A DNA stretch of 64,000 nucleotides, from NCBI GenBank assembly GCA_013115145.1, contig JAAPAO010000114.1:8385-72384 (forward strand), written 5' to 3'. The stretch comes from Perkinsus chesapeaki ATCC PRA-425. Taxonomy: Eukaryota > Protista > Perkinsozoa. The notes beneath the pieces were generated by a model. That model saw only the letters and a list, made by a program, of their open reading frames with translations, was not told the origin of the DNA and did no database searches. Below, in pieces: positions 34,790-47,800 of the stretch (within the stretch, counting starts at the first letter, position 1; each line of letters opens with the position of its first letter). The position numbers and the translations under genes were made by a program.

Positions 34790-37700
34790 GAGTAATGGTG
34801 GCTGACAGAGCAAGCAGGCAGTAGGTGGAAGATTTCAAAGGGTAGATCAATTGGAATATAATTGGTCAATGTTAGACACTTGGTCAATTACATCAAAATT
34901 GTCATTGGTAGTAGGAATGTCTCACTTAGTCAGAATAATCCTCTTCCGTCCCGGAGTAGTAGTATTTGGAAAGTGTGTGTCATTATTTCGATTATAGTGA
35001 ATTATTCACAGTGCTGCAGTGCTACTACTGTAGCGGTGCCACGGAACCGACATACGTTTATGTTGCTTCAGTGTTATTTCTTTATCCTTTTATTATGACC
35101 CTCCTCAGTCAGGCCAATCACGCCTGCCAAAAAGGCGACCTGGAGCAAGCGTAGTAGATGGGGGTGGGCGAGGGGTTGATAATGAATTTGGGCAATGCAG
35201 TTAACAAGGCTGAAATATGATGAAATTGGCGTTTCATAACTATGCGAAGTGCACATCAAATGGTAAACGATAACGACGTAGAGACTCATATATATTGCTC
35301 AAATAGCTGAATGTGTGGAAGTGAGAATACGTATTGTTAACGAGAATGAATTGCAGCTCGAGTGCATCACTGAAAACGCCAATGTGAAGTATGTGTTGCC
35401 GAGCAAAGAAATCAGACGGACATAAATTCGCTTGCATATGCTGAGTATTATGGGGAAAGGCAATCGTGGAAAGAACACTTGCAGACCTTCGTTCGAAAAA
35501 TACGGTATTTATTGTGAAAATTGTTGATGAAAGACCCTGAAAAATTAGGAAAAATTTCCGCAAATTTTAGGTATGATCGTCTGAAGGCAGTGTTTGGAGA
35601 TGATACTAAGAAGGAGGATATCGTGGACGGATTCGGGCAGACACCGCTGTATTATGCAGTGCAGAGGAAACCCGATCAGGAAGCAAAAGAGCTATCAAGA
35701 AGATTAATTGATGAGTATTCGCCGGGCTACCCAATAGCTTTCCGTCACATTTGAGTTTTACTCGCGGTGCCGTAAATTATTAAGATTCATACCACTGAAG
35801 TTACCGCCAAAACAGTGTTTTGGCGGACCTATGGGTTGAATCAGGCGACGCATAAACGAATTATCGGTATCATATTATTTGATATGCCCAAATGAACAAC
35901 TGTCTTCCTCGGTTTGGGAAGTGTCTGTGAGAGATCTTGAATTCGTGGTTGGCTTGAGTGCGAACGAAGTACTGGAGATGAGCATTTAGATATTGATGAT
36001 TCATCTATTAGCGCCTTAATAGGGCTTTGCTGTCGTACGGGCTGAATCTGTAGTCATACTCTCTACCGAACGCTACAAACACACACCATAATTGAGTGTT
36101 ACCTACTTCCACTACCGTCCTCGGTGGGCACTACGACACGCGAATTTCTAATGTGTTCTCTGCGAATGAGGTGTAATTCATGAGTGCAATATGGTAGATT
36201 CAAACGCTGTCAGAGGAAGTGTCGGTATGAGTTGTCGTTATTCAGGTTTGGTCTCAAAGCAAATCATAGAGACCAAATGCAACAGACGCCTTTGTTCTAT
36301 GCGGCATTAGTAGGCAATACTGCAACATGCGAATTGCTACTGGAGAAGGGAGCTCAAGTTGATGCATTGGATACAAATAGGCAAACAGCATTGTAGTATC
36401 AGGAATAAGGAAATGGGGAATCATTCCTTGAGGACAAAAATTTTAGTTTATCTTGCATCTTCATTCTGGGCCGAAATAGATGAATCGGCGGTGATGCAGA
36501 GTTATTCGTATATTGTCGGTTGCTTGTTGAAGTGAATTATTTGTTACTTTTATTGTTCATATCACTATTAGCGGCTGAATGATGATAAGGCGACTTCCCG
36601 ATTCCGAGAGCTGAGCTTCGAATCTAAATTTCAATGACGCTTTGGTATCACTTTTAATCGTATCAACATGATCGCCCAAACTACATCGTTTCCCGGTCAA
36701 TGGTGTAGGAAAACCATTCAATCAATTCAAAAACGATGGTTAAACGGGTTTGTTCTTCAAACGAGGTTTCAGTCACTTAAGATACTTCTCCAAAATTAAA
36801 ATTTGGCAATTGGCAATTTTTTGCGATCTTTAAATTCGGACGAAGTTTTGATTTTGATTTTGAAACTCCATTCTAATTGATTGAGAAAAACTTGAGCTGA
36901 ACCGGGAAATGATGTAAATGCTTTTTGTACTATAGACGTATACGGATTAAATCTAGTAATCGTATATCTTCCGCCGACATCAATCTAAAGGTTGAAAATT
37001 GTTAAAGACGTTTTGGATTTCTGTGTTCCAACATATTAGTAATAATTTAGTTCTAAGTGCTAGTGGGTTCCGAGCTGCGACTCCTGGGTGGAACATTAAG
37101 TAAATAACATCGTTTAATAACGAATTCGTGGGATCTTAATGTATCGTCCGGAAATTGTCAACACCTGGACGAGCTGTCTAGTGAAGTGGAGCATTCTTTT
37201 CTGTAAGGTTTTACGCCGTACGCGAAGGTCAAATTCACTGTACAAGAGCACTGGTGACAGTGCACGGTGCGAAGGCCGATATAGTGGATCATACTGGACA
37301 GGTTAGGGGTGGGTTCGTGGAGGAAATTGAATTAGGGGGTGTAACTCGGCAAATTCGAAATGAATTGCAGATCGCCGAGAACAGAATAACCATATCACAA
37401 ACACCTCTGCGTCGTATATTGAATTGGTCGGCCACTGCCTAGAGGTGCTTCTGGTACTTTGAGAGCCTGATAGAGGCTGCTATTAGCACTGGATTCCCAG
37501 TCCCAGGATTTGCGACGTGAACGCTGCAGCGTGGTTCAAATCCCTCTGAAGTCGTCTGCTTCGGTTTGAGTCCGGATATCATCCAGTTGGCTTGGGCCAC
37601 ATGATTTACTCGTCTCTCCATGCGAGCTCTACCATTATTGTTCCATTTCTGTTGGCATTGCCAACTTGGCAAATTCTCTCACCACTTTACGGGTCACTCA

Positions 37701-40700
37701 TCATCGCAAGTGAGGGGGTGGTTCCCCCCAAATTCTAAGGTACCCTCTTTGTATGACCACCCACCGACCCCCCACGAAACCCAGGATACCCCCATAACCC
37801 TGGGTGGTAGGATATGTCAGTGACATAATGTCGCATTTCATGTGTGGAGGACTTCAGCTCGACAGACTGTTGACACTGTCGACAACAGCGTTTCAATATG
37901 AAATAGAGATTCAAACCCATCATTATTGAAATTCATAATTCATTAGAACTTCTGCCATCACGTTTATGACATGAATCACGAGTACCAGCTTAAGTAATGC
38001 CAGTAGAAGACTTTTATTGGTCAGCTGCCTCAGTAACACGTCGGCTTTACCCCCCCCCCCAGATTTTCACGCGCTAGAAGAGTCTTTGGTCGCAAGACGC
38101 CTCCTAAGTCTGCTCGTGAAATTATCGGAAGCCTTGATTCCGAGCTTTGATTCACAGAAGAAGTATGCTGTTACAATTCGACAGGATTTTTTTGCTGATG
38201 GATCGTGCTTGACCTCGACTTGCTGAGCCGCAGCCAAGGCCCTGTCCACAAAAAGGATAGCATTCGGGTCCGGGGGAGGCTTCGGATCGAGAGGGCATCT
38301 CCCAAATTTACTTCCATCCTTTTCGTGGTCATTGAAGGCGCGATCGACAGTCAACGGCTTGTCGCAGAACTTACAAACTCCTCGAACGTTTGCAACTTTT
38401 GCAGCGCTGCTGGTAGCTGTTGCCTCTTCTGTCGCCTCCTTCAGGTCAGCCGCCGCTTCCTTTTTTCGCTTTGCTCTTAGCTTCAGCTCTTTGCTCACTT
38501 CAACAGATGTGACAGGCTTAGGTGCACCGCCCAAGGGCGCGCCCATAGCTAGAACTTCTGCACGGGGTGCTTCATCAAAATACATATCGTCGTCAGGCTG
38601 CAACGACTGATCCATTTCAGCAATTGCTCCCGCACCGCGAACAGTGGGAGCTACAGCTGACGCCCTGAAGGAATTCAGCTTCTTGATGAAGGTCTTAATA
38701 CAATCCAAGGATATAGGGTGATAAGGCAGAGGCTTACGCCCTGTCAATAGAGCGTCATCGACTTCCTCGAGGGTCTTGCGCAGATATGCACGATACACAA
38801 ATGCAGCACAACCGTGACCGACAGGAGCCTCACTGCTCAAATTGCGGACAACGCCACGGATAGAGTCGGACCAGCGATTGAGCTTGACGCTGTGAGTTGT
38901 AGTGTGTAAGCTCTTGAGCCTACACAATTTGCGCTTTGGTCGGCCACTCTGAGCAGCTGCCTGAAACGCCAACTCGCCTTGGTCTGGGAGAATATCAGCA
39001 GGCGCATCACTCTCTTCTTCCTCAAACTCGAACTCCTCTTCTTCCCCCAGACCCTGACCGTCATCCATAACATCCAAGACAAGGTTCTCTGCGTCGTCTG
39101 CAGCACTTGAGGCATCAGCCTCCTCATCCGAATCGCAGGAATCTTTTTCTTCTTTTTCTTCTAACCACTCCTTGACGACATCGTCGTTCCTCTGAGCATC
39201 CAACATCTTGAGATACTCATACCCGAAGGTAACCCCCTCAGTATTCAGAGTGATGTCGTTAGCGGTGCCTTGGTCAAGCTGTGGCTGTGTAGCCTGATAC
39301 TCACTGGCCGATAGCGGGATGGGTATAGTTCCCAGCTGGCTGCCTGGGTCAAGCTGTGCGAACAAGCGTCGACTCGATAAGACTGCTCTCCAAAGCAGCT
39401 TGCTATCATAGACAGGCCCCGCAGCTCTGAGTTTTTTATGGGGCATACGTCCTCGAAAAAGAAAACTGGAGAAACGATAGACGAACCAAAACAACCAAAT
39501 TCTACGCAACCCCCTAGATTTTCAGGTGCTACAAGCGTCTTTGATGGCAAGACGCCCCTCAAGTCTGCTCGTGAAGCAAATTATCAGAAGCTTCGATCCC
39601 GAGCAATGTTTAGTCACAGAAGAAGTATGTTGTTACAATTCCACAGGACCGGTTGGCCACCACAACCTATGACAATCATGCGATGATTGTATGCACCGCT
39701 ACGCGTCGGCCAACCGTTGCCCCTGACCTCGTCAGAGAATGGGGCTTTCGCGTAGCTGCGATTTGGAGTGCACCGCTGATGACTCGGCGTCTAAACCGAC
39801 GTTACGGAGACAACAGGCACGGGAGATCGATCCAGGGAGGACGCGAGGCTTATTCCAATGAGCCTCATTCGAGATCTCTCAAGAGAGTGAGAAAGCGAGT
39901 TTCTACGAGAACCTATGCCGCTAACCTTTCACGACCCCGGAACCACCAAGTTTGTCATTGATGAAAGCACTGAGAATATTTGTGAACTACTTCCTGAAGC
40001 GGAGAGTCAAGTCAAGTGTTCCAAGCCAGGAGCGAGGGTGTGTCTTCCTCCGAATCTACCGATCACGCTTCCAAGGTCAGCGACGTTCTTTGGCTCGGAT
40101 CGAAGAATAGGACCATGATCTCATTTTTTATTGTGGGATTGACCTCAGAGCTCTACTCCACACATGCATACAAACCAACACAAACACGAGCGACACGCAG
40201 CTCTACATGAACGACAAAAAATCTATCGTCGTGTTTGGATTCAATCCATACTGCGTCGTTTTGTTTCAAAGGACTCGCGCTGAATGGGCTCGATCAACTG
40301 TCACGTTACGTGGCAGTCGAGCTGTCGTGAGTCACGTATGACCTAGAACAGAGCAATCATGTTCCAGCAGGTCTTCAGTAGAAATAGTGTAGTTGGACTG
40401 AATCGATAAAAAAACCAATCGGCTTCGTCGGCGGAAAAAGGCAGCCTAGCCTGGAATCAAGTGAAATAGATGCATCTTCGTGGCCTGCAGTACAGGCTCC
40501 TCATGCCCTCATCCACTTTGCACTCATACCCGGCTTTGGAGAGCCAAGGCCTTGCACGACACCGCTGTAGTACACTGTTATGTTGTGTCTTTATGGATGT
40601 TCGTTTGTATTATTATTCCTGGTTATTCAGCCACCCTTGTTCTACGCTGCTCGAGAGAATCGGGTGGAAATGTGCAAAATGTTGATAGAAGAACTGGGAG

Positions 40701-43304
40701 TCTATGCAGCCCAGCGTGATGCAAAAGGAAAAGACGCAAAGTATTTTGTGAAGGATAATGATATGCTGTAAGATGGGGGAGTTGTTAAGCGCTTGTTTAA
40801 CAAGCAGACGGTCTAGGGATCAATTCCTGGTGGAAAAATAATATTAAACTTTCGTTATTGCTTCAGCTGGACAACTCTGGAGCTCGTCCGGGAGACTTAT
40901 CCGAATTTTGGAATAGACACTTCATTTAAGACCGACACTTGAATGCGATTTTATGAGGTTGAATGATACCGTCAACTTTAATCAGTGCTCTGTACTAACT
41001 CACACTCAACGTTATCTTCCTTAGCCGCGCATATTTAGCCTCGATGGCCGACAAGGCGATAACCAGCAGTATAGCAGAGTCAGGGGCCCCTCCGCGAAAA
41101 AAGTATCGGTTGGTGTACAAGGGAGGAGAGGTAGTTAATGAGCGAAAGGTATCGGGTTCGAACCCTTTGGATGGTATTTTTAGGGAAGTAATAGCGGCAT
41201 ATCTGTGACACCAGAGCAGATGGAACAGTTCGAGAATAAGTATCCTCATATTGCTGTATGGAAGAAGGATGTAAGTCGTGGGTTCGAACCCGGGTGAAGG
41301 CATTTCCATGTTTAATCTGACGAACCTGCGACATTTGCTCTATTATTGGACGTATTTTCTTATACTGTTATACTTGTATGATAGCGATTCAGCCACTCCT
41401 GTGTAACTTATCATAATCCAGTAGGTCATACAGGAACACCAAATGTTCCCTGAAGGAATCCATTTCACATTCAGTTTCACTATAGGAATGCATCTTACAT
41501 TTCATCAATAAGAAACCCGAAGTTTTCACCCTCAACGCGGAGCACATCGCTGTGAAACTGTCTCACTGAGACAAGATGGAGACTTATAGCCTCACCCCTC
41601 CGATCGATTCTTGCCTACTGTAAGAGGTGATAAGATTCTAATGTTGAATTTAAAGAACTCCATACATCTCGGTCATCAACTGCCTGAGAAAGGAAGGATG
41701 TTTCAAAGCAGCGCAATGATTTTGGGAACACGTGAAAGATTTTTACTATGGCTCAGGCGTTGTTGAATTTTCGATTGAAAGTTTTTCCCGAAGGGAAGCA
41801 TGCGCATCACCTGGACAACTCCATATTGCTCTTTCACTATTCTATAACATATTTGCAGGATAACGGACATGGGTTCGAATCCCAAGACGGTTTATTTAGG
41901 CACCTATATCGACACCACCGACTCGGGCGAGCATGACGAAGGTGAATGGTCGATTGCAATCGACTGCGCCGAATTCACCGCCGCCGCAGGCGCGATCAAG
42001 TCGAGGAGGTGCTAAAAAGTGGCAGCAGTTGGCGAAGCAAGTTGTTAGGGAAATTCATAAGTGAGTTGTCGCAATACAGCAGCCGCATTCACTCTGAGAT
42101 CAATCGGTTTTAGTTTCGACGACTCTCGTATATTCTTGAAGCCAGTCGATCCTGTGAAGGATGAATGCCCTGACTACTTCACAGTTGTTACCCATCCTAT
42201 GGACTTCGGCACAGTAAGTTTGGAAAACCTATGCAAAGATTTTATGGAAAGATTTATATCACATCATTCTCCAGTGAGTTATATTGGACTTCTTACATTT
42301 CTTGATGTTCCTACTCAAAGGTTATAGATTCTTTTAATCATCTTGGGCATTACTATGTCGAAGCGTGTCATTGTTGGGTAATCGTTGTCGCCTTTTTGTT
42401 ATCTATGCATCACTGTAAGTGCTATCAAGCACAGTATTACTTCTAATGATATTAGAAGTAGAGGATTTGGGAATCAAATTTCACGTTGTAACATTTCGCA
42501 TTAACACGCTTATTACACCCAAATTGGGTTTGCGGGCTCAGACGCTCCCGGAAGAATTTAGCGCTCGCATCTCTCGCTTCTCCTGCTGCGAGTTTATGTT
42601 GGGTGAAGGTAGCAAAGACTGACATGAAAGGCTCCCAGGTGGAATGCAGTTGTACCTTGGAAAACTCTCGCATCGATTCCGCATTAGCAACATTTTTTGA
42701 TTCGACCGGATGATTCCCCAGTCATTGTTGTTAATGTGACGCTACAATGACCTCTGTTAGCACTATAAGGGCTATTTAAAGGGCTACTTCATTCAGATAC
42801 GAAAGAAGCTCCATAAAGGAGAATATCAAGACGCGTTGTCGTTCTATGAGGACTGTGATTTGGTATTTACGAACTGTGCTTTATACAACTCATCGGAGTC
42901 ATTTGTTATGAAACAATGCAGGAAAATAATGGTAAGCAAAGATATCGGGTCATTGTTGTGGTATAGAAGATAGAATAAAGATAGAGATAATGGCATTGGA
43001 TAACGGCAACCAGGATTGAATTCAAGCGTTAGTAGATTGGATTAGCATTTTTATGCATTTCCGGTCTTACCGTGTAATCGCCAAATCTGTTCTCAGTCAC
43101 GGTTCAACGACTTGCTTGTTCAATTTGAGTTGGTCGGTCACATAGAAGCCGCCCGAGCAGAAAGGAGAAATCAGAAAGATGAAGAAGAGAATAATGACTT
43201 GGGCAATTCGGTGAGTGATATGCTTTGAAAGATTGGTGTAATTGAAAGATATTTTTCAGGTTAATCCAGTGGCAGCAGAACCCAGTGCGGGAACTGTGGC
43301 CTGA
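34790..43304 (+). CDS. Ankyrin-repeat + bromodomain protein (alveolate BDP1-like architecture), multi-exon; start approximate
   Basis: Ankyrin exons DGFGQTPLYYAVQ (~35625), DQMQQTPLFYAALVGNTATCELLLEKGAQVDALD (~36275), HTGQ|PPLFYAARENRVEMCKMLIEE (intron 37302-40630). Bromodomain exons IFLKPVDPVKDECPDYFTVVTHPMDFGT (~42130) and DLVFTNCALYNSS (~42860). Confidence 0.8.
38056..38186. repeat. Diverged direct repeat copy 1 (partner 39510-39648)
   Basis: Shared blocks cccc(t)agattttca, gtctttg..gcaagacgc, aagtctgctcgtgaa, cacagaagaagtatg.tgttacaattc.acagga. Confidence 0.85.
38067..39509 (-). mobile_element. Intronless 480-codon antisense ORF inside a 3.3 kb intron; probably a 5'-truncated transposon-protein fragment
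   Basis: No introns, acidic middle region, C-terminal CKFC...H...C cluster. Bracketed by two diverged ~135 bp copies of the same 3' end. Confidence 0.5.
39510..39648. repeat. Diverged direct repeat copy 2
   Basis: Same blocks as 38056-38186. On the minus strand it is a stop-containing version of the ORF C-terminus (SCGIVTTYFFCD*). Confidence 0.85.
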
Positions 43305-43721
43305 TCGTGAAGTCCGCGTTAATGAAATAATATTTGCTGTAAACCCGTGATCTTTCCATAGGTTTCATTTTGCTCTCAATTCAGGTTATGGCGCATCGAA
43401 CATATCGAACATCGTCCCTGAGAATCCGTAGTGATTTAGCAAGATAATAATAATGATCGACAATATGGCAATATTGTTGATGTTGTTGTTGCTTCCCCTA
43501 AAACGTCCATCCTTTTATAGTTGTAACATTCCCTGCATTGACGACAATAGAAATGAGATGTTGAGTTAGTCTTAAAGTAGTGTGGAATTTTTTTACTCGT
43601 CATTCAAGATTCCAGTTGCCGTTATCTTTTTGCGAACCAATTTCAGAACTTACGTACAACACATTCCATTCACATGATGTGAATGCTCAATCACGCCGAA
43701 TGAAAGTTTATTGCGAAGTAA

Positions 43722-43793
43722 TGCACCGTCCGGGAATTGAACCCGGACCATCTGCTTGGAAGGCAGATATCCTAACCATTAGACCAACGGTGC
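43722..43793 (-). tRNA. trnG: tRNA-Gly(TCC)
   Basis: Minus strand GCACCGTTGGTCTAATGGTTAGGATATCTGCCTTCCAAGCAGATGGTCCGGGTTCAATTCCCGGACGGTGCA. Full cloverleaf: GCACCGT/ACGGTGC acceptor, TCTGC-cttccaa-GCAGA anticodon arm, CCGGG-ttcaatt-CCCGG T arm. Confidence 0.96.
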
Positions 43794-44813
43794 TGCTAAA
43801 AACCGAGACTCTGTCTCTGCATTACAGAACGCTCCGCGCATTCCCTCACGATTATCATGTTCATTCTTTTTCGCTATTTTGTCGTTGATTGCCACCCGTT
43901 AGCCCACAGCAAGATGATCCATCAGATGCGTAGAAATGCTTGTTCAACTCGTATTTAGTACTCTTCTACTGTCTTTCTACGACGTTTTTCTCCCCCGGAA
44001 GGCGGAGCGAAGCATTCTACGTTTCGCATTTTTGTCGACGTCGTCATCTCGCGTCACTCCGCATTCAAAGCTACCATCAATAGCCGATAAGGAATTTTCC
44101 TTTGGCTTTTCACTACGCAATTTTGCAGAAGGGACATCGTCCCACTGCATTGTCGCCGATTTTGCTCAACGTCGCCCCTCAGCTGAGCTGCCTAGGTCTC
44201 TTAGTTATCTTAGAGGATGTGGGTTCAAACCTTGGTGGGGATGTTTATGGTTATGGGATATCAGCCTATCGATTTGATACGCATCGGGCATTCTCGAAAT
44301 GTCGTTAAAACTCTACTCATAACTAAACGTCATGGATTCCCTTTGGTTTTTGATGTTTCCAACTATGTTCAATAATACAGCGTAGTTCAAAAAATCACAT
44401 TTTCCGTGAATATCGTTTTTGAGAGTTGCAGATATATCATTCGGTAGTGTACTGATTCGACATTTGAGCTACATGAGTATTTAATTATAATACATTTGCA
44501 TAATATCGTATTTCTTAAGTATACATTCCATATTCCCTATAGTGCATTCCTTTTGCTACCTTCTCCGTGATGGACCAGCAAGACTTGGTCAATGAAACTA
44601 CAGTTGCGAAAATCTGAATCTCGTCGGTAAGAGGTCTCCGGAATATCTTGGAATCTATTCCAACCAAATATAATAGTATTGATAAGTGTTATCTTCATAA
44701 TATTCGATATTGCTCACCGAGACGTGTATGTCGTGGTCTATTTATATGCAAAGTTAACATTATTTTAGCTCCGCCGTTGTTGTTCTTTCTCACACTCTTG
44801 TGACCCCTTTGAA

Positions 44814-47800
44814 ATGGATTACGGCGTCACTTCAGAGGACGTCGATTATGAGGACACTACTGCGGGGGCGACAGGGGTATCAACTGCCGGACAACCACAA
44901 CAACAACAACCCCCGAGCGGAAATTTTCAACTGCCTCCAGACGATATGCTTGATGAAGATGATGAGGATACACAGCATTCATCATCTGATGTGGAGGAGG
45001 AAAATTCGGTAAAATCGGAGAATGGAGAAGTTGTGGAGACGGCTGAGGTTGAGGTAGAGGAGAGCCGACCTAATGTAGAGAATAATGAACGAAGTGGGAC
45101 TAAAAGGAGGCGAGCAAGTGGGGGAGATGATCCACAAGAGAGGTCTCGGAGATGGTCTGGAGCAAATAGAGCTGGAAGGGAATCGCAAGCACGAGAATAT
45201 CTCCCTTGTAGGTGTTTGGTACCGGACGATATTGCCGGTAATAAGATTTGAGGAGGAGGAGGAGAAATCGGGTATATTAAAATAATTATTAATCAGGTCA
45301 TATAATAGGAGTTCGTGGAACTGGTCTTCATAGACTTCAGAAATTGAGCGGTGCGAATGTTCATGTGTCGAAGCCAAGTGAGACGCCAAAGTCATTAGTT
45401 GACCGGGTTGTCACATTCATTGGTAATAGGGTAACAACAGCAGCAGTAGTAGTAGTGGGATGGTATTGATAGATCATGGTAGCAAAGGTAGCCATTTCAT
45501 CGTGTCCAATAGGGGGTTCAGATTTAGAGTCAGTTCTATATAATGTTATGGGCGCCTTTTATCAATTTTATGGAATACATAGCGATAGAGTGATGACGTT
45601 GTCCTCCTTCTCGTCCTTCCTTCATCAATGGTTTGAAGGCAATCAACGATACGAGCTTTCCCGGAACATGACGGTGATGGTGACACATCAGTTTATTACA
45701 CTGCCTGGTACGCATCATCTGGATGAGTCCGAATCTGAGCCTCCTTGGAAATTAACATTATTACGCATACTTTTGAAGTTACTGAATTTGTTCATCTATC
45801 CGGAAGTTAGACTGCGGAGTACTGCTGCGGGACATTCAGGATCGATAATGTATTATTTAGCTTTATAATAATTGCTAAATTATATTATTTCATATTCACC
45901 TTCACACTTGAGCCTCTCGACGACCGTAACAATTGTATTCCAGGTAATCCTCAACAAGTGGATACCGCTGTAACGAAGTTGCTGGAAATGCTAAGGCGAG
46001 ACAAACCGCAAAGTCGAGGAATATTCGTACTGCTGATACCAGAGGTACGATGATGGGTTTAGCGGAGGTCGCGGGTTCGAACCCTGTTCGCGGCCGCATA
46101 CACCAAGAGTGGTATCTTCGCATTTATCACGTTTTTAATAGAGAGGCGGTAGAATGACTACTTGGTCGATAGTCTATCTACGGTAGATTAGTTGGCTAAC
46201 TTACATTATTATTGGAATATCATTTGGGTGTATTATACATGACATTAAGATATATAAAGGTATTGGTAGGAACTTATATGTAGCTTATTTTGTTTCACAA
46301 CCCATTGTGTGGCCCCGCCTTTTTCTAATATTATTCCTGCTGTGATTCACTACTTCTTACTATTCCTATAGGGCTTATTATTATCCTCGTACGATAGGTA
46401 ATATGCAGCATCTAGGAGAAAGCGCTTATTGGATTCCTTTGGTCTGGCCTGCTCATCTGATGTTCCTCGATAGATTCATCCTCCCTAATTTTGTATTCGT
46501 GGAATCGTGTCGTTGTATGCCCCCATGAAGGGAATGATATATTTCTAGGTTCACATACTCTATACCGTATTTTTCACTAATTAGGTAACTTCATTTGCCT
46601 TCCTCGATAGTAGAGGTCAAAGATTGAGGGCGCTGGAGGGAGAGTACCACTGCGAGGTTACGGTAATAATTACTTAAGGCGGGTTCGATTCCGGGGGGAG
46701 ACATCTATATTGGAATGTTGGTGCATTTCACCTCCATTATGCTTCTATGGGAAAATGTGAATAAATTCCCTCTCTTTGAGGATTCGACTCCAAAGTGGCT
46801 GACGATTGCCTGTTTTGTTGGAATTAAATTGTTGTATAAAATTGTTGTAAATTTTTAATATGAGTTTGAGAAAAAACTGCATCTCGAGTTCATCTTCAAA
46901 GTACTGTAAGTAGAGGTCGAGGTGGGATGCCAGTAGTAGTAAAGAATAGTGATCGACGACGACAACGACGTCATACCTGCCAATATATGATAAATGTTGT
47001 TGTTTGTCGTTGTGAAGCTTATTTGTATATATAACAATAGTATTATTAATGTAATACTGTGTTGTATTGTAGCAGACTAGTGAACACTGTGTCTTTGGCG
47101 GTGTTGTTATCATTAACGAAGACGCCCAGAGATGGAAGTGTCCGATACTATATAAATTATGTCGTCAGATTGCAAAGGCGCCAATCGAGGGTATGCGAGT
47201 AAGGCCTGTCATTATTAAAGGATCGGATGAAGCAACGGCGGCAGTAATCAGTAAGCTGCAGGCAACGGTAATAAGGGGGGAGGAAAGAGGGCTTATAATC
47301 ATTGGATTGGGCTGGATAATATAACGGCTTTGGAATTAGTTAGCAAGCAGGGTGTTGCATAAATGTGATATTATGGTGGCACAGATGGGTGTTATACGAA
47401 TTGAAGTGCAGTCCTATTGACATTGAAAAATATGGACAACAAGCTCGGCAACATTGATCAGAAAGGTGGTGTGTTTTGGATGAAAATATGCATTAATATG
47501 ATTTTAGAATGCAAATATATGGTGTCTTGGGGAGCGGCAAGCTTGAATTCGACGACCTCTTTTGGGAGGAGGGGAAATTCTTTTTTCCGGACTGTTTGTA
47601 GAGATGCCTCGGACCTTTCGGTCAATTCTGGGGAAAAATTATGGCAAAGAAGCTAGAGTGGATTTTAAGTGGGAAAAAATAGGGAAGTTTCGGGCGGGGG
47701 ATAATGATGCGGTTAGTTGACAGTTTTGGGGAAGGGAGAAATGCTCGTCTGCTTTGAAAGCCGCGACGAGATTTAACGACTGTTGAGGGAATTTTTGATT

